Assembly: GCA_009781395.1 (NCBI GenBank)
Contig: WQYG01000001.1
Coordinates: 3,526 to 67,525 of the forward strand
Reading direction: 5' to 3'
DNA: 64,000 nucleotides
Origin: Candidatus Bathycorpusculum sp.
Lineage (GTDB): Archaea > Thermoproteota > Bathyarchaeia > Bathyarchaeales > Bathycorpusculaceae
Every line of letters begins with the position of its first letter. Position 1 is the stretch's first letter. Of this stretch, positions 1 through 9,495 are shown in pieces. The position numbers were made by a program, and so were the translations under genes. Under the pieces are notes generated by a model. The model was not told the DNA's origin, made no database searches, and saw only the letters and a list, made by a program, of their open reading frames with translations.

Positions 1-1530
1 CCAACTCATGAGGATGTAAATCGACTAAAAATAAAAGTAGCCGCCAAATACCACCTACCTAAAATGATTTCCAACGCCGACTTAATTGCCATATTAACCC
101 CCAAAGAAAATAGCCAATTATTACCCATACTACAACGCAAAACAACACGCACCATTAGCGGCGTAACAGTCATTGCAACAATGACTGAACCTTACCCTTG
201 CCCCCAACCTGAACCCTGTGCTTACTGCCCCGGCGGACCCACTCAAGGCTCCCCTCAAAGCTACACAGGACATGAACCCGCCGCCATGCGAGGCAGCCAA
301 AACAATTTCGACCCCTACCTACAAGTAAAAAGCCGCATCGAACAACTTACAGCCATCGGACATAAAGTAGACAAAATAGAACTCATCATTATGGGCGGAA
401 CCTTCCCAGCAACACCCCCTGAATACCAAACACACTTCATCCAACGCTGTCTTGACGCCATAACAGACAAAACATCTGCCAACTTGGAAGAAGCAAAAAC
501 TTTTGCTGAAACAAGCAAAATGCGCAATGTCGGCATAACAGTTGAAAGCCGCCCCGACTGGGCAAAACAACCCCACATTGACGACATGCTCAACATGGGC
601 GTAACACGCATTGAACTTGGCGTACAAAACCCCTGCGACGAAATCTATAAAATAGTTGGCCGAACACACACCGTTGCTGACGTAACCGAAGCAACCCAAA
701 TCGCAAAAGACGCCGGCCTAAAAATCGTCTACCACCTAATGCCCGGCATGCCAGGATCTAACCCTAAAAAAGACATCAACACTTTTAAAACAATCTTTTC
801 CGACCAACGATTTAAACCTGACATGATAAAAATCTACCCCTGCCTTGCAATCGACGGCACAAAAGCCTACCAATGGCTACAACAAGGCAAATACCAACCC
901 TACAACACCGAACAAGCCGCTGAAATAATCGCAGAAATTAAAAAATTCATACCCAACTGGGTCCGCATCATGCGAGTACAACGCGACATCCCCGCAAAAC
1001 TAATCCTAAATGGCGTAAAAAAAAGCAACCTACGCCAAATAGTCCACGAAAAACTAAAAACCCAAAACATAAAATGCCAATGCATCCGATGCCGCGAAGT
1101 AGGACACCGCATAGAAACCGACAACATAAAACCTAACCTCAAAAACATAGAAATCCTAACCCAACAATACACAGCATCAAACGGCACAGAATACTTCATC
1201 TCAGCCGAAGACCCCAAAAACAACATACTACTAGGATATCTACGCCTCCGCATACCCTCACCAAACGCCCACCGCCCAGAAATCACAAAAACCCCCACAG
1301 CCATCATCCGAGAACTACACATCTACGGCCCCCTAGTACCAGTTGGACACCACACAACAAACGCTTGGCAACACAAAGGCTACGGACAACAACTCTTACA
1401 AGAAGCAGAAAACATAACAAAAAAAGAAAACCTAAAAAAACTACTCATAATAAGCGCCTTAGGCACAAAACAATACTACATGCGAACAGGCTACCAACAC
1501 GACGGCCCCTACATGTCAAAACACCTATAA
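1..1530 (+). CDS. elp3: Elp3-family tRNA U34 acetyltransferase (radical SAM + GNAT), 5'-truncated by the window edge
   Basis: CPQPEPCAYCPGG radical-SAM-type Cys motif, KIELIIMGGTF, ESRPD, RELHIYG and WQHKGYG GNAT motif. The frame is open from base 1 (PTHEDVNRLKIKVAAKYHLPK), so the real start lies upstream of the window. Confidence 0.93.
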   Translation, partial: PTHEDVNRLKIKVAAKYHLPKMISNADLIAILTPKENSQLLPILQRKTTRTISGVTVIATMTEPYPCPQPEPCAYCPGGPTQGSPQSYTGHEPAAMRGSQNNFDPYLQVKSRIEQLTAIGHKVDKIELIIMGGTFPATPPEYQTHFIQRCLDAITDKTSANLEEAKTFAETSKMRNVGITVESRPDWAKQPHIDDMLNMGVTRIELGVQNPCDEIYKIVGRTHTVADVTEATQIAKDAGLKIVYHLMPGMPGSNPKKDINTFKTIFSDQRFKPDMIKIYPCLAIDGTKAYQWLQQGKYQPYNTEQAAEIIAEIKKFIPNWVRIMRVQRDIPAKLILNGVKKSNLRQIVHEKLKTQNIKCQCIRCREVGHRIETDNIKPNLKNIEILTQQYTASNGTEYFISAEDPKNNILLGYLRLRIPSPNAHRPEITKTPTAIIRELHIYGPLVPVGHHTTNAWQHKGYGQQLLQEAENITKKENLKKLLIISALGTKQYYMRTGYQHDGPYMSKHL

Positions 1531-1703
1531 CAAAACACACAAACCCAACCCACAACCTACAACCCCCCCGATACATCACCTACCTAACTACCTAACACAA
1601 CCCATCCACACTCCACACCCAACTAATAACAATAGTTTTCCAATGCTAAAAAAACATAGTTTATTAGGGAGTTCACAGATTGTTGCACTACAACTCACAC
1701 TAT

Positions 1704-1780
1704 GCGGGAATAGTACAGCTTGGTTAGTACATAGGCTTGCCAAGTCTAGGACTCGGGTTCAAATCCCGGTTCCCGCACCA
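1704..1780 (+). tRNA. tRNA-Gly(GCC), CCA encoded
   Basis: Cloverleaf: acceptor GCGGGAA/TTCCCGC, anticodon arm TAGGC-TTGCCAA-GTCTA, T loop TTCAAAT, ends ACCA. Confidence 0.95.
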
Positions 1781-1844
1781 GCTATCTGAGTATAAAGCCA
1801 TTCCTCCTTGTTCTGGTTTAAAAACTCTCAAAACCAAAAGCATC

Positions 1845-2334
1845 ATGAAACCCCTAACTCAAAATTTAGTTCTACCCCCAACGGTAATTGATGAGCCTGT
1901 GCATAATTATCAACAGCGACTTGACCGATCTCGCCACAACATAGCCTCACTGCCACACAGCGAAATAAGTCTCCAGTTTCTTGATCATCTAAGCGCGCTT
2001 GGTCTTTCTGTAGGTAGAGTATCAAAATACGCTTCACATTTACCCACTTTACTGCGCATAATAGGTGATGATGTTAAGGGAATGTCGAAAATTAAAGTGG
2101 ACAATGCACTCAGTGAAGGTATGTTGTTGCTCCATTAAGATTTCAAAAAAATGTCAAATTTATTTATCGACAATCCCTAAACTTAAAACTCTAACTAAAG
2201 CCGATGCAGAACGAATTGTTGCCGCTATAAATGCTAGACCAAATAAAGCCTCAACCAAATCTGATAACAAACTGCTTTTGCGTAAACTGGTGCAATATGC
2301 CAAAAAAGGTAGCTGCTCCAAACAAATCTCATAA
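1845..2334 (+). pseudogene. Remnant of a tyrosine integrase N-terminal (core-binding) region, interrupted by a 100-bp MITE and truncated before any catalytic domain
   Basis: Lies directly downstream of tRNA-Gly. FLDHLSALGLSVGRVSKYASHL...LTKADAERIVAAIN...STKSDNKLLLRKL resembles archaeal integrase N-termini. The two ORF halves join in frame when 2078-2180 is removed. Confidence 0.65.
2078..2177. mobile_element. 100-bp MITE with imperfect terminal inverted repeats and a TAA target duplication
   Basis: Starts GGGAATGTCGAAAA, ends TTTATCGACAATCCC; TAA at 2075-2077 and 2178-2180; excision restores the host ORF. Confidence 0.85.
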
Positions 2335-2481
2335 AGTGAACTTTCATTGAAGTGCAATGGAAAATCCAGTTTGCCCTGCTACTAACCTTTACCTTTTACC
2401 CTGCCAACTTTTAAAATGAAAAACCCTTTATCACAATTAATAATTGTTAAATATGTGCAGTACCATTAAAAGTTGAGGCTT

Positions 2482-2691
2482 ATGGCAACTGAAGCAGAGT
2501 TTAAGGAACTAAAAGATACTGTGGCAAGTCTTGTAAAAAAAGTTGACAGCATGAGTGAACTGTTAACGAAGCGGTTGATTGAAACGGTGGAACCTTTGCC
2601 TGATGAAATTGAAGCTACACAGCAGTATCAAGAGGATAAGAAAAACAAAACAATAGAATTCATACCTTTGGAAAAATTGCAGAGGCAATAA
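2482..2691 (+). CDS. Putative antitoxin of a RelBE-type pair
   Basis: Small protein with acidic C-terminal half (ETVEPLPDEIEA) whose stop lies 3 nt before a RelE-like gene. Confidence 0.65.
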   Translation: MATEAEFKELKDTVASLVKKVDSMSELLTKRLIETVEPLPDEIEATQQYQEDKKNKTIEFIPLEKLQRQ

Positions 2692-2694
2692 TTT

Positions 2695-2964
2695 TTGTCC
2701 TCAAGCACAAAAGTTATTGTTAGTCAAAGAGCAGAAAAACAATTTTTCTGTCTCCCAAAAGATATTCAAGACAGAGTGTTTTGTGCTTTACGTGTTTTAC
2801 AAAATGAAGGTCTGTATGGAGAACTTGATGTACAAAAACTACAAGGGTCATCTAATCTTTTTCGGATTAGAGTTGGTACATATAGAATTCTTTTTGAACT
2901 TTGCTCTAAAAACGTTATCAAAATCTATGCAATATTGCCCCGTAAAACCGCATACAAACTTTAA
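2695..2964 (+). CDS. Type II toxin, RelE/ParE family
   Basis: 89 aa; RAEKQFFCLPKDIQDRV, KLQG, FRIRVGTYRILF, typical RelE motifs. Confidence 0.88.
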   Translation: MSSSTKVIVSQRAEKQFFCLPKDIQDRVFCALRVLQNEGLYGELDVQKLQGSSNLFRIRVGTYRILFELCSKNVIKIYAILPRKTAYKL

Positions 2965-2986
2965 CACAGTAAATTATACGAAAACC

Positions 2987-3100
2987 CGTTTTCTGGAAAA
3001 AATTGGTTTAAAAATCGCTAAAGACGTTTTAGACTACGCATTACATTCAGGCCGAAAAACAATTAAAACCAAAGATATAGAGTTAGCCACTAAAAAATAA
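2987..3100 (+). pseudogene. 3' half of an archaeal histone gene
   Basis: RFLEKIGLKIAKDVLDYALHSGRKTIKTKDIELATKK matches the histone-fold helix2-L2-helix3 signature (H-x-GRKT-x-K-x-x-DI); no helix 1 or start codon upstream. Confidence 0.75.
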
Positions 3101-3402
3101 TAAACAACGGCCTAACATTGTAAAAATTACTGCTATAATTATTGACCATAAAACTTTCAATGAGCAGCTGTGTATGTTAACCTTCTTTTTCATGGCCAAC
3201 ATTTTCTGTTCCTTAGATAAGTTTTCAATTGCATACCATACTCCACTTGAGATATAACTGCTTATTTTTCACAACATACGCTAACACTTCATCAAGTATT
3301 TTTCTACTTCAGCGTTCAATAACAAACTATGGCCTTTCTACACCAAATATCATCAACAAAGAGAAAATCATCATAGCAAATTTTTCTTTAAACTTCCTCT
3401 TA

Positions 3403-3479
3403 GGGAATATCGGAAATTAAAGTTAACAGTACCTCAACGTAAACATGTTGATGCTCCATGAGGCTTTATCGACAATCCC
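3403..3479. mobile_element. 77-bp MITE related to the 2078-2177 element, TTA target duplication
   Basis: Starts GGGAATATCGGAAATTAAAGT, shares ATGTTG(A/T)TGCTCCAT, ends TTTATCGACAATCCC; TTA at 3400-3402 and 3480-3482. Confidence 0.8.
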
Positions 3480-3552
3480 TTAGTACAAAAAATAATAAGG
3501 TGTTAAGGTTTATTTATTTAGCATAACGTGTTTGATGACTTTGGCGGTAGCG

Positions 3553-4623
3553 ATGTCAAGTAAGAAAAGCTCTCAAGATAATAGTACGGTTCGTATACGT
3601 GATAGTACTGCAGAATTTTTAACGTTTGCATACCAAACGGGTGGTGATGGTGTGGAGGTGCGTGTGCAAGATGACACCATTTGGCTCTCACAAAAAAACA
3701 TGAGCCAATTATTTGTTACAACCTCAGATAACGTTGGTCTTCATTTGAAAAACATTTATGCTGATGAAGAGTTATCAGAGTTGGCAACTGTTGAGGATTT
3801 CTCGGTAGTTCAACAAGAGGGTCAACGTGAGGTTCAACGCAAAGTCAAACATTATAATCTTGATGCTATTATTGCTGTGGGGTATCGGGTTAATTCTAGG
3901 CGGGCTACGGCTTTTCGTCAGTGGGCTACTGGGGTGTTGCGGGATTATACTTTGAGGGGGTATGTGCTTGATCGGAAGCGTATGGAAAATGGTGTGTTTC
4001 TTAATGAGGATTACTTTGAACGTTTACTTGAAGAAATAAGAGAGATACGTCTCTCAGAGCGGCGGTTTTATCAAAAGATTACCGATATTTATGTGATGGC
4101 TATGGATTATGATAAAGATTCGTCTGTTACGCAAGAGTTTTTTGCAAAGGTGCAAAATAAGTTGCATTTTGCAGTTCATGGTCATACGGCTGCAGAGTTG
4201 ATTTATGAGCGTGCGGATGCTGCAAAAGACCATATGGGCCTAACCAATTGGAATAATAGTCCAAGAGGGCGTATTGTAAAAAGTGACGTTAACATCGCCA
4301 AGAATTATTTAACTGAGGTAGAGTTGCAAAATCTGGGTTTGTTGGTTAATGCTTATTTGGATTTAGCGGAGCGCCGTGCAAGAGGTCGTGTTCCTATGAC
4401 TATGGAGAGTTGGGTAGCGCATCTTGATTTAATTTTACAGGCGGATGGTAACGAATTGTTGTCTAATGCGGGACAAATTAGTGCTCAAATAGCTAAAGAA
4501 CATGCCGAAAGTGAGTTTGAAAAATATCGTATCGTGCAGGATAAATTGTTTGAAAATGATTATGATAAACAATTAAAAATGCTTGAACAGCAAGCAGCCT
4601 CTGCTGACACCGAAGACAAATAG
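3553..4623 (+). CDS. RhuM-family (virulence RhuM-like) DNA-binding protein
   Basis: IWLSQKNMSQLF, HYNLDAIIAVGYRVNS, FRQWAT, IREIRLSERRFYQK, VQNKLHFAVHGHTAAE. Confidence 0.9.
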   Translation: MSSKKSSQDNSTVRIRDSTAEFLTFAYQTGGDGVEVRVQDDTIWLSQKNMSQLFVTTSDNVGLHLKNIYADEELSELATVEDFSVVQQEGQREVQRKVKHYNLDAIIAVGYRVNSRRATAFRQWATGVLRDYTLRGYVLDRKRMENGVFLNEDYFERLLEEIREIRLSERRFYQKITDIYVMAMDYDKDSSVTQEFFAKVQNKLHFAVHGHTAAELIYERADAAKDHMGLTNWNNSPRGRIVKSDVNIAKNYLTEVELQNLGLLVNAYLDLAERRARGRVPMTMESWVAHLDLILQADGNELLSNAGQISAQIAKEHAESEFEKYRIVQDKLFENDYDKQLKMLEQQAASADTEDK

Positions 4624-4671
4624 ATGTGAACCTGTTTCTCCTGATAATGTGATTTGTAAAAGTGTCATGCA

Positions 4672-4843
4672 GTGCAACCTAAATTTTTATTAGGTTTGTC
4701 ATGATTAAAAAACGGTTTTTTGTATGTTAATTTTTCCCGTATGTGTCAAAATGAGCCCATATACGAAAAAATAATGCTATACGTCCATCATTTTCACCAT
4801 ACAACTCGTATGTGCACAAAACACTGCAGAATTTAGGTTACAC
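4672..4843. repeat. 172-bp non-coding segment bounded by a 14-bp imperfect inverted repeat
   Basis: GTGCAACCTAAATT (4672-4685) vs AATTTAGGTTACAC (4830-4843), one mismatch; no target duplication seen. Confidence 0.45.
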
Positions 4844-5242
4844 AATCCCTTATTTGCTTCAAATATTGTTCATGTTTGTGTTTTGACTTGAAGTTTCTTC
4901 GTTTTTAAATACTACTGTTAGGGCAAAAAATTTTTTAGGGGTTGTTTCTGCATCAAATAATTTTTGTTGTTTATTTGTGTGATGTATTTTCTGTGTACGC
5001 TTTCTTGTTGAATTATAGCAACATTAATTCATATTAACGCAAATAAATGTGCAGAAAAGTAGTTTTAGTCTGTGTCTGATGTCAAAGCATGGTGTACTCA
5101 ACGGTATTAAACTAGTTGGAATAGCAGATACGTGTCAATGTCATTTAATGTTGCTATACTATTCATGGAGGTTTTAACATGTTGTGTTGGTTTTAAAAAT
5201 GTTTGAGAATGGGGTTGATGATAAAAAGGGGTTGTTGGTAGT

Positions 5243-6058
5243 TTAGGTTGGTGTTGTGTTTGTTTGGGTGGTTTGGAGGGTGTGCTCGCATTGTTTGCAG
5301 TAATTGGTGTTGGTGTTGTTTTCGGTTCCGCATTGGCTGCAGTAGATTCTGTCAATGTTTGGGGGTGGGGTGGTTGTGTATGTTGGGGTGTTGTTGGTTG
5401 TTGTGGGGGTGGTGGGTTGTGGTTGGATTTGTTTGTAGCTTTTTGCGGCAAAGATCCATCCTATCCAGTTTATTAAGGGTATGATTGAGCCTATTAGGAA
5501 GAGTAGTCCTGTTGTTTTGAATGTTTCAATGTTTGTTTTTTCGCTGAGTTTGTTGAAGGCTTGCCAGTAAAGGATTCCGTTGATTATTCCAAAGATTACT
5601 AGTATGCCTATGATTGTTGCGTAAAGTGTTATGATTTGTGTGATTGTTGAGAAATTGTTTTCTATGGGGAGTTGCATTGTAGGGTTTGTTGTTGTAATAA
5701 GTGTGGTTGTTGTTATGATGGCAGATATTATGCTGGTTATTATGGCGCCGATGGTTGTGAGTAATAATCCGTATAGAATGTTTCTAAATATTGCCGGTTC
5801 TTTGTAATAGTTGGCTAGTTTGTGCATTGCTAAGAGAAATAGAATAAGTGCACTGATGCCTGCTGCGCCCATGATTATGCTGGTGCCTATAAGTGCGCCA
5901 CCTAAAAATGTAGAAAATAGATCGATGGTTGGGTTGACTAGTATTTGATGAAATAGGGCTGCAAATAAGCCTAAAGCCACTATAATTCCTATTACGGGCA
6001 ATATGATGTTTATCATACTTGCTGTGTACCCGTATTTTTTAGCTGATTCAAGAGACAT
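5243..6058 (-). CDS. DUF996-like membrane protein with C-terminal zinc ribbon
   Basis: Several TM helices, LLAMHKLANYYKEPAIF, FKTTGLLFLIG; C-terminal CSQCG...CKQC. Confidence 0.75.
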   Translation of the reverse strand: MSLESAKKYGYTASMINIILPVIGIIVALGLFAALFHQILVNPTIDLFSTFLGGALIGTSIIMGAAGISALILFLLAMHKLANYYKEPAIFRNILYGLLLTTIGAIITSIISAIITTTTLITTTNPTMQLPIENNFSTITQIITLYATIIGILVIFGIINGILYWQAFNKLSEKTNIETFKTTGLLFLIGSIIPLINWIGWIFAAKSYKQIQPQPTTPTTTNNTPTYTTTPPPNIDRIYCSQCGTENNTNTNYCKQCEHTLQTTQTNTTPT

Positions 6059-6293
6059 GTTTTAACCTCTAATAGTAATTATTATTATGTTTACTAAATA
6101 AATCTTTGTAGTGTAACAAATTTACAGTTGCGTTATAGTTATGATGCTAAGGCTGTTATTTTTATTGTTAGAGGTTATTTATGTATTTGAGGGTTCATCG
6201 CATAGCAAGAGTTTTGGGGTTTAATGATCATCTTAATCTTCATTTTTTCGCCCAAAATAAATTGCAAAAAGACGATTGTGCAAATTATACAAA

Positions 6294-6761
6294 TTATTTC
6301 ACTTTATTTTTCCGAAACTGTGCTATGGTATAAACGTCGTCAAGTTGCTGAGCAACTGTTATGTTCATAGTTACGGGTATAAATTGCATTGTCTTGCCCA
6401 TTGGTTTTGCATTTTTGATTAATTCTTTTGTCTCCTGACTGATGGGTAGGTTTTGCAGTTCAGTTTGAACACTGGTGGAGAAGAAAAATGAAATCCTAAA
6501 AAAGCCCTCCCATATTGAAAGCCAAAAGATTGGTTTTACTTTATTTGTTCCTCGCGTCGTTGTCCACTTGTATTCCCCCTTTGTCAGCCACGCTTTGCCG
6601 TCATTATAGAATCGCCAGTCCATGAGCGTAATGTCATAGTTTCTCAATTCATTAATGAATTCAGAATAAGTTTCGTAGGCTGCGCCAAGCCCCTCTGCGA
6701 TAACTTTGTTTGTCGGTTCAATGTTGAAGTCGCGTAATAATTGTTGTTCTTTCAAATCCAT
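6294..6761 (-). CDS. DUF3788-like protein
   Basis: WRFYNDGKAWLTK and FWLSIWEGFFRISFFF motifs, as recalled for this mostly bacterial family. Confidence 0.65.
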   Translation of the reverse strand: MDLKEQQLLRDFNIEPTNKVIAEGLGAAYETYSEFINELRNYDITLMDWRFYNDGKAWLTKGEYKWTTTRGTNKVKPIFWLSIWEGFFRISFFFSTSVQTELQNLPISQETKELIKNAKPMGKTMQFIPVTMNITVAQQLDDVYTIAQFRKNKVK

Positions 6762-6991
6762 TCTATCCTCTGTTTTATAGAAGAATAGGCACCATGTTTT
6801 CTACGTCTAAGCTTTGTCTTATATAGGTTTTATCACCTAATACCTGCAGAGTAGTAGATGAGATCTTTCACCTGCTATGTTGTTGCTTAGTAAATAATTG
6901 AGTTATAGCTGTTGGAAAGAAATAACAGCCTTATGGTTTTGTATAGTGCGACCTTAAAGTTAAAGGTGGTTGGAGGTTTGGGTTTTGGTTG

Positions 6992-7444
6992 TTATTTTTT
7001 CCATTTGCCTTGAGACCATCGGACAAAGGCTGTGGGGGTTATTTTGACGATGGGTAAGTCTCCCTCTTTCCAGCTGCCTGCTTCTGTTTGATATTCCGGA
7101 AATTTTTCTCTAAGCATGGAGTGGGCGTATTGGTATTCTTTGCCTTTCCAAAGGATTTCTGCTTCTCCCTGAATGCGAACACCTCGTATCGTTGACCAGT
7201 TATTTTTGTCATAATCATCAAAAACTACCGACACCTGCGGGTTAGCCTCTATCTGTTCAAGTTTAGGCGTGTCGGGGTCAGAGGCGAAATAAATAAAGAC
7301 ACCATCAAAAACTGACCACACTGGACGCACTACGGGTTCACAGTCTTCAGTTGCAGTTGCTAGACGGCAAACTGGTAATTGTTGTACAAAGATTTTATCG
7401 GATTTTGTAAGTCTAATTCCCATTTTCATCAACATGACCAGCAT
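6992..7444 (-). CDS. Pyridoxamine 5'-phosphate oxidase-like split-barrel flavin/F420-binding protein
   Basis: RLATAT...PVVRPVW...IYFASDPDTPKLEQIEANPQVSVVFD...RGVRIQGEA. Confidence 0.85.
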   Translation of the reverse strand: MLVMLMKMGIRLTKSDKIFVQQLPVCRLATATEDCEPVVRPVWSVFDGVFIYFASDPDTPKLEQIEANPQVSVVFDDYDKNNWSTIRGVRIQGEAEILWKGKEYQYAHSMLREKFPEYQTEAGSWKEGDLPIVKITPTAFVRWSQGKWKK

Positions 7445-7736
7445 GTATTGTTAATGTTAATGTATTCTGACCATAAATAGTCAATATAAACCTTTATGGA
7501 AACATCAAGCCATCAAATAGTTCTACAAGGCACTGCCTTGTTTCACTGCTATTTCTGTTAAATCCACTTGGGTAACAGTCTATCAATTGCCAAAAACATT
7601 TTCAAACATACCCTCCATTGAGGATACTTGCAGTACAAAATGACATTTTGGAACATACTGTTTTTGTCGTCAGAAAGGTTTAATTTATCTATAGCAATAT
7701 GATTGGCTAACTTGTTAGCATAAACAGTTAGTGCGT

Positions 7737-7823
7737 GCGGGATTCCCCAAGCCTGGTATGGGGCAGGCCTGCTAAGTCTGTGGTCGAAAGGCCACGTGGG
7801 TTCAAATCCCACATCCCGCGCCA
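7737..7823 (+). tRNA. tRNA-Ser(GCT), long variable arm, CCA encoded
   Basis: Acceptor GCGGGAT/ATCCCGC, anticodon arm CAGGC-CTGCTAA-GTCTG, variable arm TGGTC-GAAA-GGCCA, G discriminator. Confidence 0.95.
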
Positions 7824-8063
7824 ATTTTCCTCTTAAACATTTTACCTATTACTTACCTTCAACTTTTCCGTGCCTCTTAAAATTTCAATTTGAGTTTGGA
7901 ACTGCGTGAAAATAATGAATTGATTTTTGCTGAAATGATGTGTTGGATAAGGTTGAGGCTTTAAGTGTTTATGCTGGTTTGTCTTCTCTTGTAGTGCTGC
8001 TACAAGGGAGACATTGTTAAAAGGAGGGAGAGTTTTTGAAAGTTACAAGAGAGGGTTTTGTTG

Positions 8064-8801
8064 TTAGGGGGTTTCTTTTGGGGTTGGGTTTTCTATTTGG
8101 AGGTTGTTGTTTAGGATTTGTAGTTTTTTTGTTGTTGTGGGTATTGTTGCGATTGTTATTTTTGTTATAGTTTGCGGTTGTTGTTGTTTTGTGTGTATTG
8201 CGTTTTTGAGGCATGTGATGGCTAATTCTATGGTTTGGTTAAGGGTCATGTTTTCTTTGTATTGTTCGGTTAGTTGGGTTTGCACGGTTTCTCTTCCTGT
8301 GCCTAATGCGATTGCTTTGTAGGCTTTGTAGGTGCCACTTTGATGTGTACAGAAAAGATGAGGTCCCGTTTTGTCAACGCCTCCTATGATTAAAACCGCT
8401 CCAAAAGGTCGTCCGCCTCCATGTTGAGTGAATACTTGTTGAGTGTTACTACATTTTTTAGTTATAGTTTCCACATCAACAGGTTCATCATACGTTAATT
8501 GGTTACTTTGAGCTTCATGTCGAGCATTTTGAATTAACACTCGCGCATCTGAACCTAAACCTACAATAGCTGCCCCAATATGCTCCTCTATTTGAAAAAT
8601 TTTTAATGAATGATCTGACTCTTCAAGAGGATCCGTGATTTCTTCTGAAGCTAACACTACCCCTTCAGGACATTTAATACCTAAAATAGTTGCCCCCCTA
8701 TTAACCAACTCCATAGTGTACTCAACTTGATATAACCGCCCATCAGGCGAAAACACTGTAGCGTTATAATCATACGTTCCCGGTTTTGCAAATGCCGACA
8801 T
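8064..8801 (-). CDS. psmA: Proteasome subunit alpha (divergent, possibly a second paralogue)
   Basis: YDYNATVFSPDGRLYQVEY alpha signature, GGGRPFG, ALG. Confidence 0.9.
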   Translation of the reverse strand: MSAFAKPGTYDYNATVFSPDGRLYQVEYTMELVNRGATILGIKCPEGVVLASEEITDPLEESDHSLKIFQIEEHIGAAIVGLGSDARVLIQNARHEAQSNQLTYDEPVDVETITKKCSNTQQVFTQHGGGRPFGAVLIIGGVDKTGPHLFCTHQSGTYKAYKAIALGTGRETVQTQLTEQYKENMTLNQTIELAITCLKNAIHTKQQQPQTITKITIATIPTTTKKLQILNNNLQIENPTPKETP

Positions 8802-8961
8802 ACTTTTTACACTCTACCTTTTCTCTGTTATGAAATTACATTAGGCAACTTTAGGTGCATATAAGGTTACGCTACTTAACTCAATATTTGAAAGCACCTA
8901 ACAATGAATATTACCTTTCATGACAGTAACTCAAACTTGACAACTGATGAAAAACGGGCGG

Positions 8962-9330
8962 TCATGCCTGTTTACTCTTTTTGATATCTGCAACTGATGT
9001 TGATGTTTGCGCTATGAAATCTAGGGCAAATTTGTTTGCGTTTTTTTCTGTACCTTTATGTATTTTATCAACATTTCTGCATCTTAAATGATGATAAAAT
9101 TCGTGCAGAATAACCAAAGGATTACTTAACAAATCACTATTCAAAACACTTATAGTTTCAGTTTTCGAAGTGTAACAACCATAAGCTAACGCTTTACGCC
9201 CCTTAGGCAACCCAACTCTAAGCTTAGGCGTCCTTACATTATACTGCTTAGCAAGCAAACTTAGAGCCTCCTCAGGCTTACCCTCCAAAATAAGCAACAC
9301 CACCCCAGATTTAAAATCATCCATACACAC
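8962..9330 (-). CDS. Small conserved protein with HExxH (zincin-like) motif
   Basis: VILHEFYHH, followed by EKNANKFA (downstream Glu as in zincins). Confidence 0.6.
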   Translation of the reverse strand: MCMDDFKSGVVLLILEGKPEEALSLLAKQYNVRTPKLRVGLPKGRKALAYGCYTSKTETISVLNSDLLSNPLVILHEFYHHLRCRNVDKIHKGTEKNANKFALDFIAQTSTSVADIKKSKQA

Positions 9331-9495
9331 CTTTAACCTATATACTATTTATTAAGTTACTGCTAAACTACTGTTTAATGCATGACGCTTCACGGTTAGC
9401 GTGCCCTTTTTCTAACATATATCAATTTCTGACGGTAACTTTAAATATGAAAAAACGCACAAAGATAACTCATAAAAAATGGAGAAAATAAAAAA

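Noticed and set aside
3101-3400. Possible decayed gene on the - strand (DDIWCRKAI…, LLNAEVEK…)
   Set aside because: Fragments in several frames with multiple stops; no family can be supported.
7558-7824. ORFs antisense to or overlapping tRNA-Ser and tRNA-Val (also 12194-12413)
   Set aside because: Shadow ORFs over tRNA genes.
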